From NCBI GenBank assembly GCA_016214655.1, contig JACROC010000005.1, positions 3,078 to 67,077 on the forward strand: DNA of 64,000 nt, written 5' to 3'. The position numbers and the translations under genes were made by a program. The notes beneath the pieces were generated by a model that was not told the DNA's origin, did not search any database, and worked only from the letters and a program-made list of their open reading frames with translations. The DNA comes from Candidatus Harrisonbacteria bacterium (lineage in GTDB: Bacteria; Patescibacteriota; Minisyncoccia; UBA6257; 02-FULL-45-10c). Shown one piece after another: positions 17,817 through 27,035 of this stretch. Every line of letters starts with the position of its first letter. The stretch's first letter is position 1.

Positions 17817-19304
17817 TTATATTGGCAGTCCGGCCAAGTTATCGGTTATTTTTCCGTCTTGGACGGCTATTTGGCCGTTGACAATCACGTTGACCATTTG
17901 ATTGTCTTTAAACATTGCCAGATCCGCAAACCACCCTTCTTTAACTGTTCCGCGTTTTTCCAGGCCGAAAATCTCGGCAGGAGAACTAGTTATTTTCTGA
18001 ATTGATTTTTCAATTCTGACGCCTTTTTCGGCGGCCATTTTCAGAAATTGAGTGAAGGTATTTAAAGATCGTTCCGGTTTCAGGAGGGCCGGGGAATCTT
18101 TCGGGCTGGCGCTGTTGGAGCCGATCAAAGCGCGGGGATGGAATAAGGCTTCTTTCAAAAGTTCTGAGTTAATATTTTGATGCAGAAATAGCGCCTTCAT
18201 TCTGGTAATCTCCATTATTGCCAGCAAGCCATCACAAATATTCAATCCCCTATTTTCTGAAAATTCTTTTAAGTTTTTTCCTACTATGGAATTATTGTCC
18301 CTGGCCTCCGCGATAATTAGTTTTTTCGGATTTATTTCCGAGTTGCCTAGTTCCTTCAGGATGCGAACGCGATGCCTTTGCTGGCTGATAATAGCCAGCA
18401 TATTTTCCAGTCCGCCATGCTGTGCCCAGGCCGGCAAAAGCGTGTAAATCGGAAGAACGCTGGCGTTAAACGGGTTCATTTCCAGGTATAGATTCGCCTT
18501 ATTTAGGTTAGCATCAATTAAGTCTTTTGCTTCGCGGAATTGGTTTTCCCAGCCGAGTATCGGCCGAAAATGGCTGATAATCACCGATGCCTTGCTTTCT
18601 TTTGCTATTTGAATAGTTTCTTTTACCGATTCGACTAAGCCTCCTCTTTCGTCTCGCAAATGAGTCGCATAAACGCCTTTATATTTTGTCAAGACCGCCA
18701 GTAAATTTTTAATCTCTATATACGGAACATTTTTGGAATGAGAATATCCTAAGCCGGCTGATAAGCCCCTCCCCCCTTCTTTCAAGGAATTGGAAAGCGT
18801 ATTTTTAAATATATCCATTTCCGAATCAGTCAGATCCCGGATTTCTTCCCCGATCAAATCTCGCCGGATAGTGGAGTGGCCGACTAGGGTGGTAAAGTTC
18901 ACGCCCAATCCCAAGCGGCGGAGAACAGATTTGAGTTCGGCGAGAGTCACCCAGCCAACATTGATCTGGTCTGGATCGGCCCATTTCCGGATTGATTTCA
19001 ATGATCCATAAAGCAGCGGAGCTAAAGATGATCCGCATTGGCCGCCGATAATAGTAGTTACGCCCTGAAGCAGAAAATCTTTTTGGGACGGATTGGTGAA
19101 TAAAGTTAAATAGTGGTCGGAGGTTGAGTGGCAATCAATAAATCCCGGCGTAAGCGTAAGGCCCAAGCCATCAATTATTTGTTCGGCTTTCTGGTTCGGA
19201 AAATTACCGATTGCGGAGATGCGATTGTCTTTTATCAAAATATCGCCTTTAAATGAAGGTTGCCCGGTTCCATCGATAATTTGAGTATTTTTGATAAGTA
19301 ACAT
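17817..19304 (-). CDS. amidohydrolase-family protein (D-aminoacylase-like)
   Basis: N-acyl-D-amino-acid deacylase-like architecture (IIDGTG...GFIDCHSTSDH). The usual HxH metal motif is replaced by C-H-S-T-S-D-H. Confidence 0.65.
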   Translation of the reverse strand: MLLIKNTQIIDGTGQPSFKGDILIKDNRISAIGNFPNQKAEQIIDGLGLTLTPGFIDCHSTSDHYLTLFTNPSQKDFLLQGVTTIIGGQCGSSLAPLLYGSLKSIRKWADPDQINVGWVTLAELKSVLRRLGLGVNFTTLVGHSTIRRDLIGEEIRDLTDSEMDIFKNTLSNSLKEGGRGLSAGLGYSHSKNVPYIEIKNLLAVLTKYKGVYATHLRDERGGLVESVKETIQIAKESKASVIISHFRPILGWENQFREAKDLIDANLNKANLYLEMNPFNASVLPIYTLLPAWAQHGGLENMLAIISQQRHRVRILKELGNSEINPKKLIIAEARDNNSIVGKNLKEFSENRGLNICDGLLAIMEITRMKALFLHQNINSELLKEALFHPRALIGSNSASPKDSPALLKPERSLNTFTQFLKMAAEKGVRIEKSIQKITSSPAEIFGLEKRGTVKEGWFADLAMFKDNQMVNVIVNGQIAVQDGKITDNLAGLPI

Positions 19305-19306
19305 AG

Positions 19307-19574
19307 GCGATGTCTAAACTAATATTCTTACTAAATTAAATAATTGATTTTGCATCAAGTTTGAGGCGCGAGGAAGAAATTGTGGGGTTACCCACGTTTC
19401 TGACAAGTAACGAAAAAATTGAACAAAATCAATTATCCCGTCGGGCAAGGCTATTTTATTCAACTCCTTCGTTACTCCTCCTCGCTGTGGTAAAACCACA
19501 AGCTCGTCGTCGCGCCTTGGATTTGGAATAAAATAGCTCTTGTTAATTAGTGATAATATTAGTTTAGACATCGC
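19307..19574. ncRNA. copy B of a 268-nt highly structured intergenic element (candidate novel structured RNA, strand undetermined)
   Basis: Perfect 20-bp terminal inverted repeat (gcgatgtctaaactaatatt / aatattagtttagacatcgc). Internal 13-bp helix (ataattgattttg / caaaatcaattat). Hairpins gtggg-gtta-cccac and tgtggt-aaaa-accaca. Colinear with and homologous to the element at 27036..27303, with compensatory changes in every helix. Confidence 0.5.
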
Positions 19575-21930
19575 TTATTAATGGCTGAGCTGTTTCTCCC
19601 CTAGCTAAGCCGTATTTGGTCCTGGAAAATTCTTTTAATTTATCCCGTACTTGCGAATTTCCTCTTGGTAATGGCAGGGGTTTAAGATTGAACGGTTTAG
19701 AAGTCTGGCCATTAATAAGTAATTTTGCATAGGCATTAAAGTTATCCACGTTGATTAAATCATTTTTAGTGAAAACCGGTTCAAATTGCTTGATTAATTT
19801 TTCCGCATCTTCAGCGCCAACGCGGAATACCAGCATGGAGCCGACATTGCCGAAAACCGCGTCGCGGATTTTTTCTGGTATTTGGGTAATAAATTGATGC
19901 GCGATGGTCAGATTCAGCCGATACTTACGGGCTTCGGATAGAATAACTTCAATTGAACTGGTGGTGAAGTTTTGAAATTCATCAATAAATAGATTGAAAT
20001 CTTTCCGTTCTTCTTGCGGCATATCAACGCGTGAAAGCGCGGACATCAAGAGTTTGCCAACAATAATCATACCCAGTAAATTAGCATTAAGATCGCCAAT
20101 CCGTCCCTTAGCCAGCTTGACTAGCAAGATTTTGCCGGTATCCATAATTTCTCTGAATCTTAATGATGATTTTGGTTGGCTAATAATTGGACGGACGTAA
20201 TCATTGGCAATAAAGTTGTTGAATTTTGAAGTTATATAAGGAGCCATTTCTGAAAGCGCCGCTTCGCCCTTGATCACAGCCACTTCTCTTTCCCAAAAAT
20301 CTTTAACTACTGGATTTTGGCAGCGGGCTAATTTTTTTTCGCGATAATCGGTATCGGTTAATACGCGCGGTATATCCGCAAGAGTCGCCGGTTCATAAGG
20401 CGCATCCTCCATTAAAAGCAAGAGTGAATTTCTCATGTATTGCTGGAATATCGGTCCCATCGCTTCGCCACTATCAGGAAAAAGTTTTAGTAAGATTCCA
20501 AGTATCTCGTCAACGATAAAAGTTTTTTGTTCTGGATGCGTGAAATCATATTCCAACATATTTAAACTTAGGGGTCGTTCTAAATCGCCCGGGTCAAAAA
20601 CAACGACATCGTTTAACCTATTTTCCGGAATAAGGCCCATGACGTTATCAACGTCGTCTCCGTGCGGATCGATTATAGCTACTCCTTTTCCGTTTTGAAT
20701 ATCATTGAGAGCGATGTTCATCATGGCATTAGTTTTACCGGTGCCGGTTTGTCCAATAATGTAGATATGGCGGCGGCGGTCGTCATTGCTGATAAAAACT
20801 GGCTTCCGTTCCCCGCGGAACAAACTTTCTCCCAAGAGCGTTCCTTCTTTTGGCAGATTGGGCGGAGGTGCGGATTCCCGTGTTTTAAGCCACTTGATCT
20901 TCGGAGTTTCGGTGGTTGCGATTGGGAAATGGAATAGGCTGACTAATTCATCCGCCCCGATAATTACTCTTTCTTTTTCTTCATACTGCCTGAAAATATA
21001 TCTGAAAATAAACTCTTTCTGGTTTCTTGGCTTCAGCGCGCGAAAACTGTTTTTAAGCGGTGCCTGGAATTGTTCAAACGAGCCGGCTAAACTATTCAGA
21101 ATCTCCTCAGCCCGGTATTGGCTGGCTGCTGAAGCGACTAAACGGACGTTAACCGCAAAAAGCGGTTTGGCAATTTTTTTCTCCAGCGCTTTTATGGTTT
21201 CTTCTTCTACTATGGGCTTGGCAGCTTCTTTTTCTTCTGGTTTAGTTCCCTTCATTGCTTTTTGGATATCTTTGAAGGAGATCATGTATTTGCTCATGCT
21301 TAAAACCTCATTTAATCGTTCTCCTTTTTTCAGCATATACATGAAACTGGTGATGGCCTTCTTAGCTTTTGATGGGGCGGGTTTTACTACGATTTGCATC
21401 GCCGCTCCTTCTCCAATGGTCTGCATTTTGGAGAGATTGCTGATAATTGGGGCAAAGGTGTCCAGTGCCGCTTCCTCGTAAGTCCGGATTGGCAGAGCAA
21501 AATGTTCTTTTTGCTGGAGATAAACGCCGAGGTTTACGCCTTGATGGTTGAATATATTATAATCTTCTACTTCTTCTACAAAGGCATCGTGCCATAAACC
21601 TTGAATTTGTTTTTTGATAAATTCAATAGAATCTTTTGGTATAGAAACATAAAAATGGATTTCTTCCCCGATATTATGCACTGCAATTTCCAGAGTAAAA
21701 GGTATTTTTAGGCTGGCTAACGCGCTTAAAAGTTGGGCAGTAAGATTGATTTCTTTCAGCGGGTCTTCTTTGGTTTCTGCGGCTATTTTTTTAGGCAATT
21801 GTACCAAGAGAAGCCGCAGCTTCAAAGCTTTAATGAAGTATTTATGGTGTATTTTTTTAGCAATCCAGAAAGCTATAAAACCGGCCGCCGCCACGGCTAA
21901 AATTAGATAACTGATGGACAAAATACTCAT
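19564..21930 (-). CDS. membrane-anchored VirD4/TraG/TraD-like P-loop ATPase (type IV coupling-protein family)
   Basis: N-terminal TM. Walker A is IIGQTGTGKTNAMMN and Walker B is NLFIDEFQNF. Overall layout resembles TraG/TrwB-type conjugation or T4SS ATPases. Confidence 0.65.
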   Translation of the reverse strand: MSILSISYLILAVAAAGFIAFWIAKKIHHKYFIKALKLRLLLVQLPKKIAAETKEDPLKEINLTAQLLSALASLKIPFTLEIAVHNIGEEIHFYVSIPKDSIEFIKKQIQGLWHDAFVEEVEDYNIFNHQGVNLGVYLQQKEHFALPIRTYEEAALDTFAPIISNLSKMQTIGEGAAMQIVVKPAPSKAKKAITSFMYMLKKGERLNEVLSMSKYMISFKDIQKAMKGTKPEEKEAAKPIVEEETIKALEKKIAKPLFAVNVRLVASAASQYRAEEILNSLAGSFEQFQAPLKNSFRALKPRNQKEFIFRYIFRQYEEKERVIIGADELVSLFHFPIATTETPKIKWLKTRESAPPPNLPKEGTLLGESLFRGERKPVFISNDDRRRHIYIIGQTGTGKTNAMMNIALNDIQNGKGVAIIDPHGDDVDNVMGLIPENRLNDVVVFDPGDLERPLSLNMLEYDFTHPEQKTFIVDEILGILLKLFPDSGEAMGPIFQQYMRNSLLLLMEDAPYEPATLADIPRVLTDTDYREKKLARCQNPVVKDFWEREVAVIKGEAALSEMAPYITSKFNNFIANDYVRPIISQPKSSLRFREIMDTGKILLVKLAKGRIGDLNANLLGMIIVGKLLMSALSRVDMPQEERKDFNLFIDEFQNFTTSSIEVILSEARKYRLNLTIAHQFITQIPEKIRDAVFGNVGSMLVFRVGAEDAEKLIKQFEPVFTKNDLINVDNFNAYAKLLINGQTSKPFNLKPLPLPRGNSQVRDKLKEFSRTKYGLARGETAQPLISDV

Positions 21931-21938
21931 AATTTTTT

Positions 21939-22337
21939 TTAAAGCAGATTTCTTGTCTTTAACTCGTCATAAATTTTCCCAGTCAGAGAATCGTGCAGGG
22001 CGTCTAGAATAAAGGGCCCGTACTTTTTTGCCTCCTCTACTGCCGCATCAATTCCTTTGTGGAAGGTAATATCCAGGAGCTCTTCCACCTTTAATTGGAT
22101 TTCCGGGGATTCTTGCTGTAGATATCCTGGTAAAACCGGTGAGGGCTGGGCAGTTGCTGGTGGCACAGCCGGCCCTGTTTGCGGCAAAATCCGCGCGCCT
22201 AGTGCAGATTTCACCAATTCTTTTTCCGGCGTTGCCTGCGGCATTTTTCCTTTTAATTCTTGGATTTCCCTAACTAAACGCTCAATATCTTTTTCCAGCG
22301 CGCCATGCTCAATTTTTGGTTGGAAAGATGGCTCCAT
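21939..22337 (-). CDS. hypothetical protein (132 aa), co-directional upstream partner of the TraG-like ATPase
   Basis: ORF-track ORF with a Pro/Ala-rich central region. No recognisable motif. Confidence 0.45.
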   Translation of the reverse strand: MEPSFQPKIEHGALEKDIERLVREIQELKGKMPQATPEKELVKSALGARILPQTGPAVPPATAQPSPVLPGYLQQESPEIQLKVEELLDITFHKGIDAAVEEAKKYGPFILDALHDSLTGKIYDELKTRNLL

Positions 22338-22352
22338 GTTAAAATAAAGTTA

Positions 22353-23939
22353 ATGTTTAAAAAACTAAAATTATTAGTTATTAGTCATTGGTTACTAGTT
22401 GTTATTATAATTATAGCTTCCTTCTTACGGCTCTACAATTTAACTGAATTGCCTCCAGGCCTTTATCCTGATGAGGCTATGAACGGCAATAATGCAGTAG
22501 AGGCGTGGGAAAACCGGGATTGGAAGGTATTTTATGGGGAAAACTTCGGCCGGGAGGGATTATTTATTAATATTCAGAGCTTATCCGTGGCTGCTTTCGG
22601 TAATCAGCCATGGGTTTTAAGGCTGCCAAGCGTCATTTTTGGGATATTAACGGTATTGGGGCTTTATTTCTTTACCAGAGAACTATTTGTGAATTATGAA
22701 TCAAGAATTAAGAATCATGGAGATGATCCAAAAGCCCATAATTCATTATTCAGTATTTATTATTCAGAAAAAATAGCATTATTAGCTAGTTTTCTGCTAG
22801 CTACGAGTTTTTGGCATATTAATTTTTCTCGTATAGGGTTTCGCGCCATCATGGCGCCCTTCTTTTTAACTTGGACACTGTATTGGCTATTATTAGCTCT
22901 TAGAAAAAAACAGGAAGGTCAATGGTCAGGTGTCAGATGTCAGTTGTTGTCAGCCTCGGCCGGCCTGATATATGGTCTTGGTTTCTATAGTTATATCGCT
23001 TATCGCGCCACCCCTTTTCTTGTGGTTTTTATCTTTTGGCTTTCAATGTTTAGATGCGGATGGAAGAATGTTGTGAGGGTCGGTGCGGCATTTGCCGCAG
23101 CCGCGATTTTGATTGCTTTGCCGCTCGGAATTTATTTTTTACATAACCCGCAAGATTTTTTTGGCCGCACAGCCGGCATTTCAATTTTTGCATCGGGAAC
23201 GCCGATTCGCGATCTAGCTTTTAATATTTTAAAAACTGCCGGAATGTTTAATGTGGTTGGCGATTTTAATTGGCGGCATAATTTTGCTGGCAGGCCGGAG
23301 CTTTTCTTCCCGGTAGGAATAATATTTTTGATAGGACTATTTTTTGCAATACGAGATTTAATTAAAAATGCAAAAATCAAAAATCAAAATGACAGTTCGA
23401 AAATTTTCCATTTTCCATTTTCTATTTTGACTTCTTGGTTAGTTGTCGCTGCTTTGCCGGTCGTGATATCTAATGAAGGTCTCCCCCATGCCCTTCGTTC
23501 TCTTTTGATGGTTCCACCAGTTTTTGTCCTGGCTGCAATTGGCGGATTAAAGGTTTATGATTTTTTAAATAACTTGGTCGGGGATTCTTGGTTAAACAAA
23601 TTAAGCTTTTTGTTTGTGGCTGTCCTATTATTAGAAGCGTACTTGGTTTATTTTATGGCTTGGGGCAGGCATCCGACTGTTAAAACTGCATTTGCATATC
23701 GGGATTATTTAATCGCTCAGCAGCTTAATTATTTACCGAAGGAATTGCCTAAATATATTGTAGTAAGCGATGCAACCGGAGTAATTGAGCGGGATAACCC
23801 AATTTCACTCCAATCCGTTTTATTTTTAACTGATACTTTTACTGATACGAAGCGGCGGGAAAAGAATTTTATATATGTTACTCGAGATCAATTTAATTTA
23901 ATATCTCTTCCGAAAAACAGTCTTATTATAAAATTGTAA
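22353..23939 (+). CDS. GT-C glycosyltransferase of the PMT/ArnT family (GT39/GT83-like)
   Basis: Multi-TM protein with the first-loop acidic motif (YPDEAMNG) typical of ArnT/PMT. The ORF track starts at 22305, but that overlaps the upstream gene, so the ATG at about 22353 (MFKKLKLLV) is more likely. Confidence 0.75.
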   Translation: MFKKLKLLVISHWLLVVIIIIASFLRLYNLTELPPGLYPDEAMNGNNAVEAWENRDWKVFYGENFGREGLFINIQSLSVAAFGNQPWVLRLPSVIFGILTVLGLYFFTRELFVNYESRIKNHGDDPKAHNSLFSIYYSEKIALLASFLLATSFWHINFSRIGFRAIMAPFFLTWTLYWLLLALRKKQEGQWSGVRCQLLSASAGLIYGLGFYSYIAYRATPFLVVFIFWLSMFRCGWKNVVRVGAAFAAAAILIALPLGIYFLHNPQDFFGRTAGISIFASGTPIRDLAFNILKTAGMFNVVGDFNWRHNFAGRPELFFPVGIIFLIGLFFAIRDLIKNAKIKNQNDSSKIFHFPFSILTSWLVVAALPVVISNEGLPHALRSLLMVPPVFVLAAIGGLKVYDFLNNLVGDSWLNKLSFLFVAVLLLEAYLVYFMAWGRHPTVKTAFAYRDYLIAQQLNYLPKELPKYIVVSDATGVIERDNPISLQSVLFLTDTFTDTKRREKNFIYVTRDQFNLISLPKNSLIIKL

Positions 23940-23949
23940 ATCCTGGTAT

Positions 23950-24972
23950 TTAACCATGCCTTATTTCGATAACATCACCATCTGCGACGACGTAATCCTT
24001 TCCTTCTAAGCGTAGCCATCCTCTTTGTTTGGCTTTAGCCCAGCCGTCAGCTTCTAGAAATTTTTGCCAATTTACCGCTTCTGCGCGGATGAATTTGTTC
24101 TCAAAATCGGTATGGATCACACCGGCGGCTTGCGGCGCTTTAGTCCCCCGTTCTATTGTCCAGGCGCGAGTTTCATCTTCTCCAGTCGTAAAAAAACTGA
24201 TTAAATTTAAAATCTCATATGATTTTTTAATTAGGTCGGATAAATTCAGATCTTTTCCTAAATTTACGATTACATAATCAGCGCCAAGGTCTTTTATTTT
24301 TTTCTTTAACTCCCCTGACACATCGTCTGGATCGCCATTTAATAAATAAATCTGCGGTTTAGCGGTGAGTAAATTTAATGTGCGAATTTTCTCATTTTCT
24401 AGCACCCCTGAAAACTCTTTGGTAAATAGCATTTTTCCCTGCTCTAAGGCGGTCTTAGCTTTTTGCAGCATTTCTAAATCCTTTTTGGCTTGTGGTGAGC
24501 TTGTCGAACCAGCCGATCGCGCCTCCCCATCAATTTTTTTGAAGTTTTTTTCTACTGTATCCAGATCTTTAAGCGCAAGCTCGGTATTGATAATTTCCAT
24601 ATCTCTAATTGGATCCACGGTATTTTCTATGTGGATAATTTCATCCGACGGGAAGCAGCGCAGGACTTCCACGATGGCATTAGTTTCCCGGATATGGTTC
24701 AAAAATTGATTGCCAAGTCCTTCACCAGCATTGGCGCCTTTAACTAGTCCGGCAATATCATAAAATTCCACGATGGCCGGGATTTTTTTTGCCGACTTAC
24801 TCATCTCGTTCAGTTTGTCCAACCGTTCATCCGGGACAGTGACAATGCCGATATTCGGATCAATGGTGGCAAACGGATAATTGGCAATCAATACTTCGTT
24901 TTTGGTAATGGCCTTAAATAATGTGGACTTTCCAACATTTGGAAGCCCAACTATGCCCATTGATAGTTTCAT
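23950..24972 (-). CDS. ychF: ribosome-binding ATPase YchF (Obg-family GTPase)
   Basis: G1 motif GIVGLPNVGKSTLF and the YchF-specific NYPFATIDPN. C-terminal TGS domain. Confidence 0.85.
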   Translation of the reverse strand: MKLSMGIVGLPNVGKSTLFKAITKNEVLIANYPFATIDPNIGIVTVPDERLDKLNEMSKSAKKIPAIVEFYDIAGLVKGANAGEGLGNQFLNHIRETNAIVEVLRCFPSDEIIHIENTVDPIRDMEIINTELALKDLDTVEKNFKKIDGEARSAGSTSSPQAKKDLEMLQKAKTALEQGKMLFTKEFSGVLENEKIRTLNLLTAKPQIYLLNGDPDDVSGELKKKIKDLGADYVIVNLGKDLNLSDLIKKSYEILNLISFFTTGEDETRAWTIERGTKAPQAAGVIHTDFENKFIRAEAVNWQKFLEADGWAKAKQRGWLRLEGKDYVVADGDVIEIRHG

Positions 24973-25023
24973 AGATCTTTTATATTATAAATGCGTACTT
25001 TGAAATTTAAAAGGGCTGTGGCA

Positions 25024-26154
25024 ATGAAAAAGCTGGTTTTGACTGGAGGGCCATGCAGCGGTAAGTCCACCGCTATCAGTTTTCTCCGGGAAAAGCTTTC
25101 CGAGCAAGGATTTGAAGTTATTTGCGTTCCGGAGGTGGCGACGATAGTCATCGGCGCCGGGGTCTCTCCTGCTCATTTGTCACTGGAAGATATCCTGATT
25201 TTTCAGGAGAAGATTTTGAAAACTCAGATTCATTTAGAAAATATGTTTGCGGATTTTCTAAAAATGAGAGGCAATGATGATGAAAAGCGAGTGTTGATCT
25301 GTGATCGCGGCTGTATGGATGTGAAGGCTTATGTGTCGTCTAAGCAGCTGCGGATTATTTTTAAAAATAATGATTGGGATAAGACGTCTTTGCGGGATCA
25401 AAGATATGACGCGGTATTCCATTTGATTACCGCCGCTGAAGGTAAGGAAGAATTTTATACTCTGGAAAATAATGCGGCGCGCTCAGAAACTCCTGAACAG
25501 GCTCGCAAGTTAGACCTAAAAATCCGCAAGGCTTGGCTTGGGCATCCTCACCTCCGGGTAGTAGATAACTCTACTGATTTTGACGGCAAACTTAAGAGAT
25601 TATTGCGATCGGTCCAGCAGTCGCTTGGGATTCCTGTGTCCTTGGAGATCGAAAGAAAATTTTTGCTCGCCCCATGGTTTCTTCAAAAAAATATCCCGGT
25701 TCCTTATCAAGAAATAATTATTGAGCAGTGTTATTTGGAAAAGCGCGGCGACGGAATGACAAGACGGATCCGGAAGCGTTGGCAGAAGCATTCTGATTCT
25801 GTGTTTTATCTCACCGAAAAGCGGTCAACTGGGAACGCCAGAGTAAGAGTGGAAACCGAAAAGCATATTACTGCAAAGCAATATCAGGCATTAAAACAAG
25901 AGGCAGACCAAACAAGAGATATTATCGGAAAGCAACGGCTTTGTTTCCTTTGGAAAAATCAATACTTTGAATTGGATGTCTTTTTGGAGCCGGAAAAATT
26001 GCGGGGTCTTTCGGTCTTGGAAATCGAACTAACTGAAGAAAATGATAAAGTGGAATTGCCGGACTTTTTGAAGATTCAGCGCGAAATAACCGAGGATGAA
26101 AGTTTTTCCAATTCCAGCTTGGCAAGAAAAGATTACGATTTTAAATCGGCCTAG
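25024..26154 (+). CDS. P-loop ATPase (NadR/AAA_28-like) fused to a C-terminal CYTH (triphosphate tunnel metalloenzyme) domain
   Basis: Walker A is LTGGPCSGKST. The C-terminal half begins with the CYTH ExExK motif (LEIERKFLL). ORF track starts at 24991; the ATG at about 25024 is preferred. Confidence 0.7.
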   Translation: MKKLVLTGGPCSGKSTAISFLREKLSEQGFEVICVPEVATIVIGAGVSPAHLSLEDILIFQEKILKTQIHLENMFADFLKMRGNDDEKRVLICDRGCMDVKAYVSSKQLRIIFKNNDWDKTSLRDQRYDAVFHLITAAEGKEEFYTLENNAARSETPEQARKLDLKIRKAWLGHPHLRVVDNSTDFDGKLKRLLRSVQQSLGIPVSLEIERKFLLAPWFLQKNIPVPYQEIIIEQCYLEKRGDGMTRRIRKRWQKHSDSVFYLTEKRSTGNARVRVETEKHITAKQYQALKQEADQTRDIIGKQRLCFLWKNQYFELDVFLEPEKLRGLSVLEIELTEENDKVELPDFLKIQREITEDESFSNSSLARKDYDFKSA

Positions 26155-26167
26155 GCCGATTTTTTGT
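26143..26167. terminator. hairpin terminator between convergent genes
   Basis: atcggcc-tag-gccgat followed by tttttt. Confidence 0.55.
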
Positions 26168-26172
26168 TAGCA

Positions 26173-26922
26173 TCATGATTTCTCGGGCAGGAATTCCCAG
26201 AGGGCTTCAAAAATTGATCGCTGAGTTTTGGCAAAGGTTTCGCTTTCTACAATTAGTATTACGTCTTCAAATGACGGCGAGATCAAGGCTACGCGATCGC
26301 CAAAAATAATCGTGGTAAAGGGAATCTTATAAATATGCGGCAGCATTTTGGAAATGCGATTCTCCTGCTTATCTTTAGCGATGATCTCCTTAGCGTATTC
26401 GGAAAAAGCGATCAGCTGCCGGCTTTTAATTCCGAGTTTAAGTTTTTCCTTGATTATTTTACCGGTGATATAACCCTTTTGGACAAAGCTGAGCATTTCG
26501 CGCGGATCTGTCATAATCAGGTATTCCGTAAGGCCGGATTTAAAAATCATCTGCCAGATTCTTTTAAATCCTTCAGCGCCGTTCAGGAAAAGCACGCGCG
26601 GTTTTTTGGCAGTTTTATTGCGAATCGAATTTAGCAATTCTAGGTTTTTGGCAAACTGTTCTACCCTGCTTTTGGTATGTTCTAAGATTTCGGCCGGATC
26701 TTCAGCGACAAAATATGTCCGCTTTTTGGATTTTGCTTCCAGTACTAGTTTCTTTTTCTTGAGCCCATCTAAGAGCGGGTAAAGGCCGGTTCTTTTAAGC
26801 CCGGTTTTTTGCGCAATTTCCTGTACTGTCCCTTCTCCCAAGGCCAGGAGCGCAAGATAAATCTTGGCTTCTTTTATATCCAGTCCGATTTCGACTAGTA
26901 ATTTTAATAATTTCTTATCCAT
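26173..26922 (-). CDS. TrmB-family transcriptional regulator (winged-helix HTH)
   Basis: N-terminal TrmB-type wHTH (LLVEIGLDIKEAKIYLALLALGEGTVQEIAQKTGLKRTGLYPLLDGL) and a C-terminal effector domain. Confidence 0.75.
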   Translation of the reverse strand: MDKKLLKLLVEIGLDIKEAKIYLALLALGEGTVQEIAQKTGLKRTGLYPLLDGLKKKKLVLEAKSKKRTYFVAEDPAEILEHTKSRVEQFAKNLELLNSIRNKTAKKPRVLFLNGAEGFKRIWQMIFKSGLTEYLIMTDPREMLSFVQKGYITGKIIKEKLKLGIKSRQLIAFSEYAKEIIAKDKQENRISKMLPHIYKIPFTTIIFGDRVALISPSFEDVILIVESETFAKTQRSIFEALWEFLPEKS

Positions 26923-27035
26923 ACTTCTAAAGTATAGCAGAAATTACTAAGGGCGTGGCCGTGATTGTTGTCAAAAGTTTAAACAAATTGCCTTGGTTTA
27001 TTCTCTGCATGGATCATCATTATATCAGTATATTA

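Noticed and set aside
19314-19571. 85-aa minus-strand ORF from the ORF track
   Set aside because: It lies entirely inside the 268-nt palindromic structured element B. Its sequence is determined by the inverted repeats, so it is probably not a gene.
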